From assembly GCF_032444005.1 (NCBI RefSeq), contig NC_091285.1, positions 683,860,001-683,924,000 of the forward strand: a stretch of DNA of 64,000 bases, given 5' to 3'. This document shows, piece after piece, positions 38,355 through 49,380 of this stretch. The notes beneath the pieces were generated by a model. It was not told where the DNA came from. It worked only from the letters and a program-made list of their open reading frames with translations, and did not search any database. This stretch comes from Ranitomeya imitator (lineage: Eukaryota). Each line of letters begins with the position of its first letter. The first letter of the stretch is position 1. A program made the position numbers and the translations under genes.

Positions 38355-38770
38355 GAACTTTTATAATTTGTTGATTTTTTTTTTTTATTCACAAATCTCA
38401 ATAATACAAACTAGCAAATTGCATCATTTTGCCACTTTTAAGATTTCTGGTGAAATATGAATAAATAACAATTTCAGTAATGGCAAAAAACGCATCACAT
38501 CAGCAATTAGAAATACGGATGATGAGTGTAAAATAATTCATTGTAATGCAATTGAAATAGTTTTGTATCAGTCATTTGTGATCCTAAATAAAAAAAGGAA
38601 ATAATGTTAAAATAGATAATATTTATCTTTACATTGCCATACAAATAATTTTGATATTCAAGTGCAAAAATAGACTGGCAGGAAAACACACATAACGTTA
38701 CCAATTAGAAATTATTGATGACGACGGAAAATAAATCACGGGAGACTGAACAAATATCTGGAAGGCAAAA

Positions 38771-38835
38771 GAACCCACGCCCCCGAAGAGACTGGAGCCT
38801 TAATCCAGCGCCTTAGACCGCTCGGCCACGCTACC
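38771..38835 (-). pseudogene. 3'-truncated tRNA-Leu(AAG)
   Basis: The last ~17 nt (part of the T arm and the acceptor strand) are deleted. Confidence 0.9.
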
Positions 38836-39086
38836 TGTGCCACGTCCCTGCGCTCATGTTTAGGAATGATGAAATTCAGCCCTGTATGATAGCAAATCCT
38901 CACAGCGTGTAATGTCCTCACCATCAGGACTCCGCTCTGCGCGCTCACATCACCACTCGTGCAGTTTTCCTACTTAGGACTTTTTCCTTTTCCTGCCTTT
39001 TTCCAGTATCAGCAAAGTAAATGAGATTTCCTGCTTCTCGTGCATTTGTTGATTTGAATTAATGAATCATTCCTTTCCTTCAAATC

Positions 39087-42000
39087 TGTTATGGCTGGCA
39101 ATCAGGCAACACAGCGTGCAGTAATCAGCGCACATACAGAGATCTGGCAATAACCAAAAACAATAGGACGAGCTCTGAGACGTGGAATCTCTGTAGACTG
39201 CAGTACCTGATCTATCCTCACACAACTATAAGCAGCAGTGGATTGCGCCTAACAACTACCTATGCAACTCGGCACTGCCTGAGGAGCTGACTAGCCTAAA
39301 GATAGAAATACAAGCCTGACTTACCTCAGAGAAATACCCCAAAGGAATAGGCAGCCCCCCACATATAATGACTGTTAGCAAGATGAAAAGACAAACGTAG
39401 GAATGAAATAGATTCAGCAAAGTGAGGCCCGATAGTCTAGACAGAGCGAGGATAGCAAAGAGAACTATGCAGTCTACAAAAAACCCTAAAACGAAAACCA
39501 CGCAAAGGGGCAAAAAGACCCACCGTGCCGAACTAACAGCACGGCGGTGCACCCCTCTGCTTCTCAGAACTTCCAGCAAAAGACAATAGCAAGCTGGACA
39601 GAAAAAACAGAAAACAAACTAGAAGCACTTATCTAGCAGAGCAGCAGGCCCAAGGAAAGATGCAGTAGCTCAGATCCAACACTGGAACATTGACAAGGAG
39701 CAAGGAAGACAGACTCAGGTGGAGCTAAATAGCAAGGCAGCCAACGAGCTCACCAAAACACCTGAGGGAGGAAGCCCAGAGACTGCAATACCACTTGTGA
39801 CCACAGAAGTGAACTCAGCCACAGAATTCACAACAGTACCCCCCCCTTGAGGAGGGGTCACCGAACCCTCACCAGAACCCCCAGGCCGACCAGGATGAGC
39901 CACATGAAAGGCACGAACAAGATCTGGGGCATGGACATCAGAGGCAAAAACCCAGGAATTATCTTCCTGAGCATAACCCTTCCATTTGACCAGATACTGG
40001 AGTTTCCGTCTAGAGACACGAGAATCCAAAATCTTCTCCACAATATACTCCAATTCCCCCTCCACCAAAACAGGGGCAGGAGGCTCCACAGATGGAACCA
40101 TAGGTGCCACGTATCTCCTCAACAACGACCTATGGAATACATTATGTATGGAAAAGGAGTCTGGGAGGGTCAGACTAAAAGACACCGGATTGAGAATCTC
40201 AGAAATCCTATACGGACCAATAAAACGAGGTTTAAATTTAGGAGAGGAAACCTTCATAGGAATATGACGAGAAGATAACCAAACCAAATCCCCAACATGA
40301 AGTCGGGGTCCCACACGGCGTCTGCGATTAGCGAAAAGCTGAGCCTTCTCCTGGGACAAGGTCAAATTGTCCACTACCTGAGTCCAGATCTGCTGCAACC
40401 TGTCCACCACAGAATCCACACCAGGACAGTCCGAAGACTCAACCTGTCCTGAAGAGAAACGAGGATGGAACCCAGAATTGCAGAAAAATGGAGAGACCAA
40501 GGTAGCCGAGCTGGCCCGATTATTAAGGGCGAACTCAGCCAACGGCAAAAATGACACCCAATCATCCTGGTCAGCGGAAACAAAACATCTCAGATATGTT
40601 TCCAAGGTCTGATTGGTTCGTTCGGTCTGGCCATTAGTCTGAGGATGGAAGGCCGAGGAGAAAGATAGGTCAATGCCCATCCTACCACAAAAGGCTCGCC
40701 AGAACCTCGAGACAAACTGGGAACCTCTGTCAGAAACAATATTCTCAGGAATGCCATGTAAACGAACCACATGCTGGAAGAACAAAGGCACCAAATCAGA
40801 GGAGGAAGGCAATTTAACCAAGGGCACCAGATGGACCATTTTAGAAAAGCGATCACAGACCACCCAAATGACCGACATTTTTTGAGAAACGGGAAGGTCA
40901 GAAATGAAATCCATCGAAATATGTGTCCAAGGCCTCTTCGGGACCGGCAAGGGCAAAAGCAACCCACTGGCACGTGAACAGCAGGGCTTAGCCCTAGCAC
41001 AAATTCCACAGGACTGCACAAAAGCACGCACATCCCGTGACAGAGATGGCCACCAGAAGGATCTAGCAACCAACTCCCTGGTACCAAAGATTCCTGGATG
41101 ACCGGCCAGCACCGAACAATGAAGTTCAGAGATAACTTTACTAGTCCACCTATCAGGGACGAACAGTTTCTCGGCCGGACAACGATCAGGTTTATTAGCC
41201 TGAAATTTCTGCAACACTCTCCGCAAATCAGGGGAGATGGCAGACACAATGACTCCTTCCTTGAGGATACTCGCCGGCTCAGATAACCCCGGAGAGTCGG
41301 GCACAAAACTCCTAGACAGAGCATCCGCCTTCACATTTTTAGAGCCCGGAAGGTATGAAATCACAAAATCAAAACGAGCAAAAAATAACGACCAACGGGC
41401 CTGTCTAGGATTCAAGCGCTTGGCAGACTCGAGATAAGTCAAGTTCTTATGATCAGTCAATACCACCACGCGATGCTTAGCACCCTCAAGCCAATGACGC
41501 CACTCCTCGAATGCCCACTTCATGGCCAGCAACTCTCGGTTGCCCACATCATAATTACGCTCAGCAGCAGAAAATTTCCTGGAAAAGAAAGCACATGGTT
41601 TGAACACTGAGCAACCAGAACCTCTCTGTGACAAAACCGCCCCTGCACCAATCTCAGAAGCATCAACCTCGACCTGGAACGGAAGAGAAACATCAGGTTG
41701 ACACAACACAGGGGCACAGCAAAAACGACGCTTCAACTCCTGAAAAGCTTCCACGGCAGCAGAAGACCAATTAACCAAATCAGCACCCTTCTTGGTCAAA
41801 TCGGTCAATGGTCTGGCAATGCTAGAAAAATTACAGATGAAGCGACGATAAAAATTAGCAAAGCCCAGGAATTTCTGCAGACTTTTTAGAGATGTCGGCT
41901 GAGTCCAATCCTGGATGGCCTGAACCTTAACCGGATCCATCTCGATAGTAGAAGGGGAAAAGATGAACCCCAAAAATGAAACTTTCTGCACACCGAAGAG

Positions 42001-44776
42001 ACACTTTGATCCCTTCACGAACAAGGAATTAGCACGCAGTACCTGGAAAACCATTCTGACTTGCTTCACATGAGACTCCCAATCATCTGAGAAGATCAAA
42101 ATGTCATCCAAGTAAACAATCAAGAATTTATCCAGATACTCACGGAAAATGTCATGCATAAAAGACTGAAAAACAGATGGAGCATTGGCAAGTCCGAACG
42201 GCATCACCAGATACTCAAAATGACCCTCGGGCGTATTAAATGCCGTTTTCCATTCATCTCCCTGCCTGATTCTCACCAGATTATACGCACCACGAAGATC
42301 AATCTTAGTAAACCAACTAGCCCCCTTAATCCGAGCAAACAAGTCAGAAATCAATGGCAAGGGATACTGAAACTTAACAGTGATCTTATTAAGAAGGCGG
42401 TAATCAATACACGGTCTTAGCGAACCATCCTTCTTGGCTACAAAAAAGAACCCTGCTCCCAATGGTGACGACGATGGGCGAATATGTCCCTTCTCCAGGG
42501 ACTCCTTCACATAACTGCGCATAGCGGTGTGTTCAGGTACGGACAAATTAAATAAACGACCCTTAGGGAATTTACTACCAGGAATCAAATCGATAGCACA
42601 ATCACAATTCCTATGCGGAGGTAGGGCATCAGACTTGGACTCTTCAAATACATCCTGAAAGTCCGACAAGAACTCTGGGATGTCAGAAGGAATGGATGAC
42701 GAAATAGACAAAAATGGAACATCACCATGTACTCCCTGACAACCCCAGCTGGTTACCGACATAGAGTTCCAATCCAATACTGGATTATGGGTTTGTAGCC
42801 ATGGCAACCCCAACACGACCACATCATGCAAATTATGCAGTACCAGAAAGCGAATAACTTCCTGATGTGCAGGAGCCATGCACATGGTCAGCTGGGCCCA
42901 GTACTGAGGCTTATTCTTGGCCAAAGGTGTAGCATCAATTCCTCTCAACGGAATAGGACACCGCAAAGGCTCCAAGAAAAATCCACAACGTTTAGCATAA
43001 TCCAAATCCATCAGATTCAGGGCAGCGCCTGAATCCACAAACGCCATGACAGAATACGATGACAAAGAGCACATTAAGGTAATGGACAAAAGGAATTTGG
43101 ACTGTACAGTACCAATAACGGCAGAGCTATCGAACCGCCTAGTGCGTTTAGGACAATTAGAAATAGCATGAGTAGAATCACCACAATAGAAACACAGTCT
43201 GTTCAGACGTCTGTGTTCTTGCCGTTCTACTTTAGTCATAGTCCTGTCGCACTGCATAGGCTCAGGTTTACTCTCAGGCAGTACCGCCAGATGGTGCACA
43301 GATTTACGCTCGCGCAAGCGACGACCGATCTGAATGGCCAAGGACATAGACTCATTCAAACCAGCAGGCATAGGAAATCCCACCATTACATCCTTAAGAG
43401 CTTCAGAGAGACCCTTTCTGAACAAAGCCGCTAGTGCAGATTCATTCCACAGAGTGAGTACTGACCATTTCCTAAATTTCTGATAATATACTTCTACATC
43501 ATCCTGACCCTGGCATAAAGCCAGCAGATTTTGCTCAGCCTGATCCACTGAATTAGGCTCATCGTAAAGCAATCCCAGCGCCTGGAAAAATGCATCAACA
43601 TTACTCAATGCAGAATCTCCTGGTGCAAGAGAAAACGCCCAGTCCTGTGGGTCGCCGCGCAAAAAAGAAATAATAATCAAAACCTGTTGAATAGGATTAC
43701 CAGAAGAATGAGGTTTCAAGGCCAAAAATAGCTTACAATTATTTCTGAAGCTCAGGAACTTAGTTCTGTCACCAAAAAACAAATCAGGAATCGGAATTCT
43801 TGGTTCTAGCATCGATTTCTGATCAATAGTATCTTGAATCTTTTGTACATTTACAACGAGATTATCCATTGAGGAGCACAGAGCCTGAATATCCATGTCC
43901 ACAGCTGTGTCCTGAAGCACTCTAATGTCTAGGGGAAAAAAAAGACTGAAGACAGAGCTAAGAAAAAAAATGATGTCAGGATTTCTTTTTTCCCTCTATT
44001 GGGAATCATTGGTTTGGCTCCTTGTACTGTTATGGCTGGCAATCAGGCAACACAGCGTGCAGTAATCAGCGCACATACAGAGATCTGGCAATAACCAAAA
44101 ACAATAGGACGAGCTCTGAGACGTGGAATCTCTGTAGACTGCAGTACCTGATCTATCCTCACACAACTATAAGCAGCAGTGGATTGCGCCTATCAACTAC
44201 CTATGCAACTCGGCACTGCCTGAGGAGCTGACTAGCCTGAAGATAGAAATACAAGCCTGACTTACCTCAGAGAAATACCCCAAAGGAATAGGCAGCCCCC
44301 CACATATAATGACTGTTAGCAAGATGAAAAGACAAACGTAGGAATGAAATAGATTCAGCAAAGTGAGGCCCGATATTCTAGACAGAGCGAGGATAGCAAA
44401 GAGAACTATGCAGTCTACAAAAAACCCTAAAACGAAAACCACGCAAAGGGGCAAAAAGACCCACCGTGCCGAACTAACAGCACGGCGGTGCACCCCTCTG
44501 CTTCTCAGAGCTTCCAGCAAAAGTTAATAGCAAGCTGGACAGAAAAAACAGAAAACAAACTAGAAGCACTTATCTAGCAGAGCAGCAGGCCCAAGGAAAG
44601 ATGCAGTAGCTCAGATCCAACACTGGAACATTGACAAGGAGCAAGGAAGACAGACTCAGGTGGAGCTAAATAGCAAGGCAGCCAACGAGCTCACCAAAAC
44701 ACCTGAGGGAGGAAGCCCAGAGACTGCAATACCACTTGTGACCACAGAAGTGAACTCAGCCACAGAATTCACAACA
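39087..44776 (-). mobile_element. Full-length chromodomain Ty3/Gypsy (sushi-like) LTR retrotransposon
   Basis: 749-bp TG...CA LTRs at 39087-39835 and 44028-44776 with about 6 differences. PPT AGGGGGGGGTAC is adjacent to the 3' LTR. CAAATC is duplicated at 39081-86 and 44777-82. Confidence 0.97.
39715..43920 (-). CDS. Gag-Pol polyprotein, 1401 aa, uninterrupted
   Basis: CCHC knuckle CFYCGDSTHAISNC, protease DSGA, RT YLDD, RNase H, HHCC plus DDE integrase, and chromodomain YIVEKILD...YLVKWKGY. Confidence 0.96.
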   Translation of the reverse strand: MLQDTAVDMDIQALCSSMDNLVVNVQKIQDTIDQKSMLEPRIPIPDLFFGDRTKFLSFRNNCKLFLALKPHSSGNPIQQVLIIISFLRGDPQDWAFSLAPGDSALSNVDAFFQALGLLYDEPNSVDQAEQNLLALCQGQDDVEVYYQKFRKWSVLTLWNESALAALFRKGLSEALKDVMVGFPMPAGLNESMSLAIQIGRRLRERKSVHHLAVLPESKPEPMQCDRTMTKVERQEHRRLNRLCFYCGDSTHAISNCPKRTRRFDSSAVIGTVQSKFLLSITLMCSLSSYSVMAFVDSGAALNLMDLDYAKRCGFFLEPLRCPIPLRGIDATPLAKNKPQYWAQLTMCMAPAHQEVIRFLVLHNLHDVVVLGLPWLQTHNPVLDWNSMSVTSWGCQGVHGDVPFLSISSSIPSDIPEFLSDFQDVFEESKSDALPPHRNCDCAIDLIPGSKFPKGRLFNLSVPEHTAMRSYVKESLEKGHIRPSSSPLGAGFFFVAKKDGSLRPCIDYRLLNKITVKFQYPLPLISDLFARIKGASWFTKIDLRGAYNLVRIRQGDEWKTAFNTPEGHFEYLVMPFGLANAPSVFQSFMHDIFREYLDKFLIVYLDDILIFSDDWESHVKQVRMVFQVLRANSLFVKGSKCLFGVQKVSFLGFIFSPSTIEMDPVKVQAIQDWTQPTSLKSLQKFLGFANFYRRFICNFSSIARPLTDLTKKGADLVNWSSAAVEAFQELKRRFCCAPVLCQPDVSLPFQVEVDASEIGAGAVLSQRGSGCSVFKPCAFFSRKFSAAERNYDVGNRELLAMKWAFEEWRHWLEGAKHRVVVLTDHKNLTYLESAKRLNPRQARWSLFFARFDFVISYLPGSKNVKADALSRSFVPDSPGLSEPASILKEGVIVSAISPDLRRVLQKFQANKPDRCPAEKLFVPDRWTSKVISELHCSVLAGHPGIFGTRELVARSFWWPSLSRDVRAFVQSCGICARAKPCCSRASGLLLPLPVPKRPWTHISMDFISDLPVSQKMSVIWVVCDRFSKMVHLVPLVKLPSSSDLVPLFFQHVVRLHGIPENIVSDRGSQFVSRFWRAFCGRMGIDLSFSSAFHPQTNGQTERTNQTLETYLRCFVSADQDDWVSFLPLAEFALNNRASSATLVSPFFCNSGFHPRFSSGQVESSDCPGVDSVVDRLQQIWTQVVDNLTLSQEKAQLFANRRRRVGPRLHVGDLVWLSSRHIPMKVSSPKFKPRFIGPYRISEILNPVSFSLTLPDSFSIHNVFHRSLLRRYVAPMVPSVEPPAPVLVEGELEYIVEKILDSRVSRRKLQYLVKWKGYAQEDNSWVFASDVHAPDLVRAFHVAHPGRPGGSGEGSVTPPQGGGTVVNSVAEFTSVVTSGIAVSGLPPSGVLVSSLAALLFSST

Positions 44777-44814
44777 CAAATCTGCATCAAGTTAATTCTT
44801 TCAGGAAGTTTCCC

Positions 44815-46276
44815 ACATCCTAGATATCTGAATGAAATATCCTGATTGCAAATTTTTATTCATTACATAGTGGAATGTGTTCAGAACAATAAAACATAAC
44901 AGTTATCAAGATAAATCAAAAAGAATATCCCATGGAGGTCTGGATTTGGAATGATACTCAAAATCAAAGTGGAAAATCAAATTACAGGCTTATCCAACTT
45001 CAATGGAAAGATAACGAAATGATGCTCAGTAATGTGTGTGGCCTCCACATGCCTGTATGACCTCCCTACTGTACAACGCCTGGGCATGCTCCTGATGAGG
45101 CAGCTGATGGTCTTCTGAGGGATCTCCCAGACCTGGACTACAGCATCCGCCAATTCCTGGACAGTCTGTGGTGCTACTTCACTTTGTTGGATGGAGCGAG
45201 ACATGATGTCCCAGATGGTGTTCAATAGGATTCAGGTCTGGGGAACGGGCGGGCCAGTCCATAGCTTCAATGCCTTCATCTTGCAGGAACTGCTGACACA
45301 CTCCAGCCACATGAGGTCTGGCATTGTCCTGCATTAGGAGGAACCCAGGGCCAACCGCACCAGCATATGGTCTCACAAGGGGTCTGAGGATCTCATCTTG
45401 GTACCTAATGGCAGTCAGGCTATCTCTGGCGAGCACATGGAGGGCTGTGTGGCCCTCCAAAGAAATGCCACCCCACACCATTACTGACCCACTGCCAAAC
45501 TGGTCATGCTGAAGGATGTTGCAGGCAGCAGGTTGCTCTCCACGGCGTCTCCAGACTCTGTCACATCTGTCACATGTGCTCAGTGTGAACCTGCTTTTAT
45601 CTGTGAAGAGCACAGGGCGCCAGTGGCGAATTTGCCAATCCTTGTGTTCTGTGGCAAATGCCAAGCATCCTGCACAGTGTTGGGCTGTGAGCACAACCCT
45701 ATCTGTGGATGTCGGGTACTCAACCCATCCTCATGGAGTCGGTTTCAAACCATATGTGCAGACACATGCACATTTGTGGCCTGCTGGAGGTCATTTTTCA
45801 GGGCTCTGGCAGTGCTCCTCCTGTTCCTCCTTGCACAAAGGCTGAGGTAGCGGTCCTCCAGCCTCTGGACACTACGCTGACAGACACAGCAAACCTTCTT
45901 GCCACAGCTTGCATTGATGTGCCATCTTGGATGAGCTGCACTACCTGAGCCACCTGTGTGGGTTGTAGAGTCTGTCTCATGCTACCATGAGTGTGAAAGC
46001 ACAACCAACATTCAAAAGTGACCAAAACATCAGCCAGAAAGCATTGGTACTGAGATGTGGTCTGTGATCCCCACCTGCAGAACCACTCCTTTATAGAGTG
46101 TGTCTTGATAATTGCCAATAATTTCCATCTGTTGTCTATTCCATTTGCACAACAGCATGTGAAATTGATTATCAATCAGTGTTACTTCCTAAGTGGACAG
46201 TTTGATTTCACAGAAGTTTGATTTACTTGGAGTTAAATTCTGTTGTTTAAGTGTTCACTTTATTTTTTGAGCAGTG
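44815..46276 (-). mobile_element. Decayed Tc1 DD34E transposon; one TIR truncated
   Basis: TIR CACTGCTCAAAAAATAAAG plus TA at 46277. ORF piece 45179-45694 QDNARPH...SPDLNPIE. The other end has lost its outer TIR. Confidence 0.85.
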
Positions 46277-47836
46277 TATAATTGTATTGTCCTGCATAGC
46301 ATAGCTGAATGGGTCTCCTAGGATTCAACAGCTCCTGTTCCCTTCTGCCTCCTGGTAATCACATGAGTGTTGGTTTGGAGAAGGAAGCACTGTCAGTGCT
46401 TCCTATTTTGTTACACAATAGCTGGTTCAGTGCTGGACATATAAGAGTTAAGAAGAATAGTATGGTAAAAAAAATGTTTATCTTCTCTGTGAAGTGTCTG
46501 GCTGTGTCTAACAGTCGACCCCCGATTCCCACCACTTCACTATCTTGCGATCTGCTTAAACTGCATAGACATTTTAAAATGTCATTAGAGAGTACAGAGT
46601 GAATGACTATTGTCTATTTCTAGTCCTCAATTATTGAATTCTTTTCTCTCCTTGGGGATGTGGGTCCCCTTCCACGGCTGCTAGTATTTTGTCCTATTTT
46701 CTTTGTCTGACCCAGTACCATAGTACAGTGTGTGTCTTTACCTAGTGTCATAAAATATATATAAAGAATCATTCAAATGAGTCGGACATATATATCCAAA
46801 GTATATGAATGTGACAGTCGCAATAAATTCAGTCTTCTCGAGCCAAAGACGTACATGATGCTGTAGTAAAGGCACTGGTAAAATTTGCAATTTGGATGTG
46901 TACATTTATCTTAAAAATCAATTAGTATAAGGAAATAGTGAGTCTGTTTCTTTAAAATTGTTTGTTAAAAATAAAGAGAAGGGTTATTCCCGGCACCAAG
47001 TTAATTTTTTTGTCCTGTGTGTTATTTCAACCCAAATCCCCAGAAATAGCCTCATCGGATCTCTTCTGGGTGGTGCATACATAAAGAACATGTATTATAT
47101 CGGAAAAAGGAACAAGAAAAACAGCACTCGCCCGATCCTTCCTTCAAGATGGGGTTTTAATCCATAAAATCCTTGGTGACTTGATGCATGATTACTCTGT
47201 AGGAAGACTGATCTTGTGCAAGTCTATGTCCTCCAGGGTCTTCTCCACCATTATCTTGATAGTTTCAAGCCATCAGGTTGCTCGTCTTCCTCTTCACTTC
47301 TATAACCTATTCAAACACAATTTTATAGAAGGAAAAGGTAACATGAAAAACAGCACTCACCCGATCCTTCTCGCAAGATGTGGTTTTAATCCATAAAATT
47401 GGTTACATTGATATTTGCAGAGGTACAGGTGTCAGGGAAGTTTTTTTCATGAACAGTGAGACCTGCCGGAAAACTTGATGGACGCGTAGAAGCTCCAGCA
47501 AGGCGTTAAACGACCGCAGGTCTCACTGTTCATGAAAAAACTACCCCTGACATCTGTACCTCTACAAATAACTTTTCCTTCTTTAAAGTTGTGTTTGAAT
47601 AGGTTACAGAAGTGAAGAGGAAGACGAGCAACCCGATGGCTTGAAACTATCAAAAGAAGACCTGGTGGACCTAGCCTTGCAGAAGATCGGTCTTCCTACT
47701 GAGTAATCATGCATCAAGTCACCATAGCTCAAAATCGAGTCAAAAGCCAATAAAATAAATGAAATAAACAAAGGCCAATGGTTAGGATGAAAACATTTTA
47801 CTTGTTTGAAGAAAATGGAAAAGTAAGAAAAGGACA

Positions 47837-47910
47837 AGGCACTGCTGAGATTCGAACTCAGGATCTCCTGTTTACTAGACAGGCGCTTTAACCAACTAAG
47901 CCACAGCGCC
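47837..47910 (-). tRNA. TRNAT-AGU: tRNA-Thr(AGT), structurally intact
   Basis: GGCGCTGTGGCTTAGTTGGTTAAAGCGCCTGTCTAGTAAACAGGAGATCCTGAGTTCGAATCTCAGCAGTGCCT; all stems pair; T4 terminator. Confidence 0.96.
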
Positions 47911-48414
47911 AGACACTGCTGCACTTATAAATAATCGTATAACAGGAGACTGTGGGTTCAAATCCGGTGGCGGTGATGACAATATTTCACTTCTTCTCGT
48001 TATGGCAATTTTCCATTTTTACACTTTTCTTTTCTCCTCCCCTTATTCAAACAGTCATAACTTTAGGATTTTTTGGTAGAAATAGCCATATCACGACATA
48101 TTCTGCAAATTGTACATTAGAATGACACCATTTATTTTATCATGCAGCGCTGGAGACTAAGAATAGAAATTCCAAGTGAGGCAAAACTGAAAAACAAAAG
48201 TGCAAATACCCCCGTATCTGTCAATATGGGGTAGATGCAATGTTCTGATTGCCTCTTATTGCATTTTTTCAAGTGTTTTAGGGTAGCGAAAAAAGTCATT
48301 GTATTATAATATTATTTTATTTATCTAGCACCAACATATTCTGCAGAACTGTACAATTAAGAGGGGACATGTACAGACAATGAAGACAGTACAGAGGAAC
48401 TGATAATTCACCAG

Positions 48415-49160
48415 TTAAGGTACCGTCACACTAAGCGACACTGCAGCGATACCAACAACGATGTCAATCGCTGCAGCATCGCTGTTTGGTCGCTGGAGAG
48501 CTGTCACACAGACCGCTCTCCAGCGACCAACGATGCCGAAGTCCCCGGGTAACCAGGGTAAACATCGGGTTACTAAGCGCAGGGCCGCGCTTAGTAACCC
48601 GATGTTTACCCTGGTTACCGTTGTAAATGTAAAAAAACAAACACTACATACTTACATTCCCGGTGTCTGGTCAGGTCCCTCGCCTTCAGCTTCCCGCACT
48701 GACTGAGCGCCGGCCGGAAAGTACAGCGGTGATGTCACCGCTGCACAGCGTGCTTTACGGCTGGCCGGCGCTCACCAGTCAATGCGGGAAGCTGAAAGCG
48801 AGGGACATAACCAGACACCGGGAATGTAAGTATGTACTTTTTGTTTTTTTACATTTACAACGGTAACCAGGGTAAACATTGGGTTACTAAGCGCGGCCCT
48901 GCGCTTAGTAACCTGATGTTTACCCTGGTTACCATTGAAGACATCGCTGGATCGGTGTCACACACGCCAATTCAGCGATGTCAGCGGGAGATCCAGCGAC
49001 AAAATAAAGTGCTGGACTTTCCCCAGCGACCAACGATCTCCCAGCAGGGGCCTGATCATTGGTCGCTGTCACACATAACGATTTAGTTAACGATATCGTT
49101 GCTACGTCACAAAAAGCAACGATATCATTAACAATATCGTTATGTGTGACGGTACCCTTA
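48415..49160. mobile_element. T2/Kolobok-type MITE inserted in an old L2-tail remnant
   Basis: TTAAGGTACCGTCACAC...GTGTGACGGTACCCTTA. The flanks rejoin as CACCAGTTACAGGAGGAGC, the empty site seen after each Ile gene. Confidence 0.85.
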
Positions 49161-49276
49161 CAGGAGGAGCGAGGGTCCTGATCACGAGATACAATCTGTA
49201 AGGAAATGGGGGGACACAATAGAACGTGCTGTCATGTGCGGTCCAGCCATCTTTATACTAGTGGTGGCCCACTACG

Positions 49277-49304
49277 GCTGGACTTAGGCTCCAGTCTCTT
49301 TGGG
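49277..49304 (+). pseudogene. tRNA-Leu-derived fragment (anticodon and variable arm)
   Basis: GCTGGACTTAGGCTCCAGTCTCTTTGGG resembles GCTGGATTAAGGCTCCAGTCTCTTCGGG. Confidence 0.55.
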
Positions 49305-49380
49305 TTTTACCACTTCTAAGTGTATTTTTTCCTCTCTCCAGTTTGTACACATTAGTTTTATCACTATTGTCTCCGGTGAC

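Larger units (their letters stand above)
28297..44806. repeat. Large inverted duplication: left arm 28297-32700; right arm 34812-39086 plus 44777-44806
   Basis: tRNA order, MITEs and spacers are all mirrored. The arm ends match (AAAAAGCCCCC at 32700 vs GGGGGCTTTTT at 34812). Confidence 0.93.
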
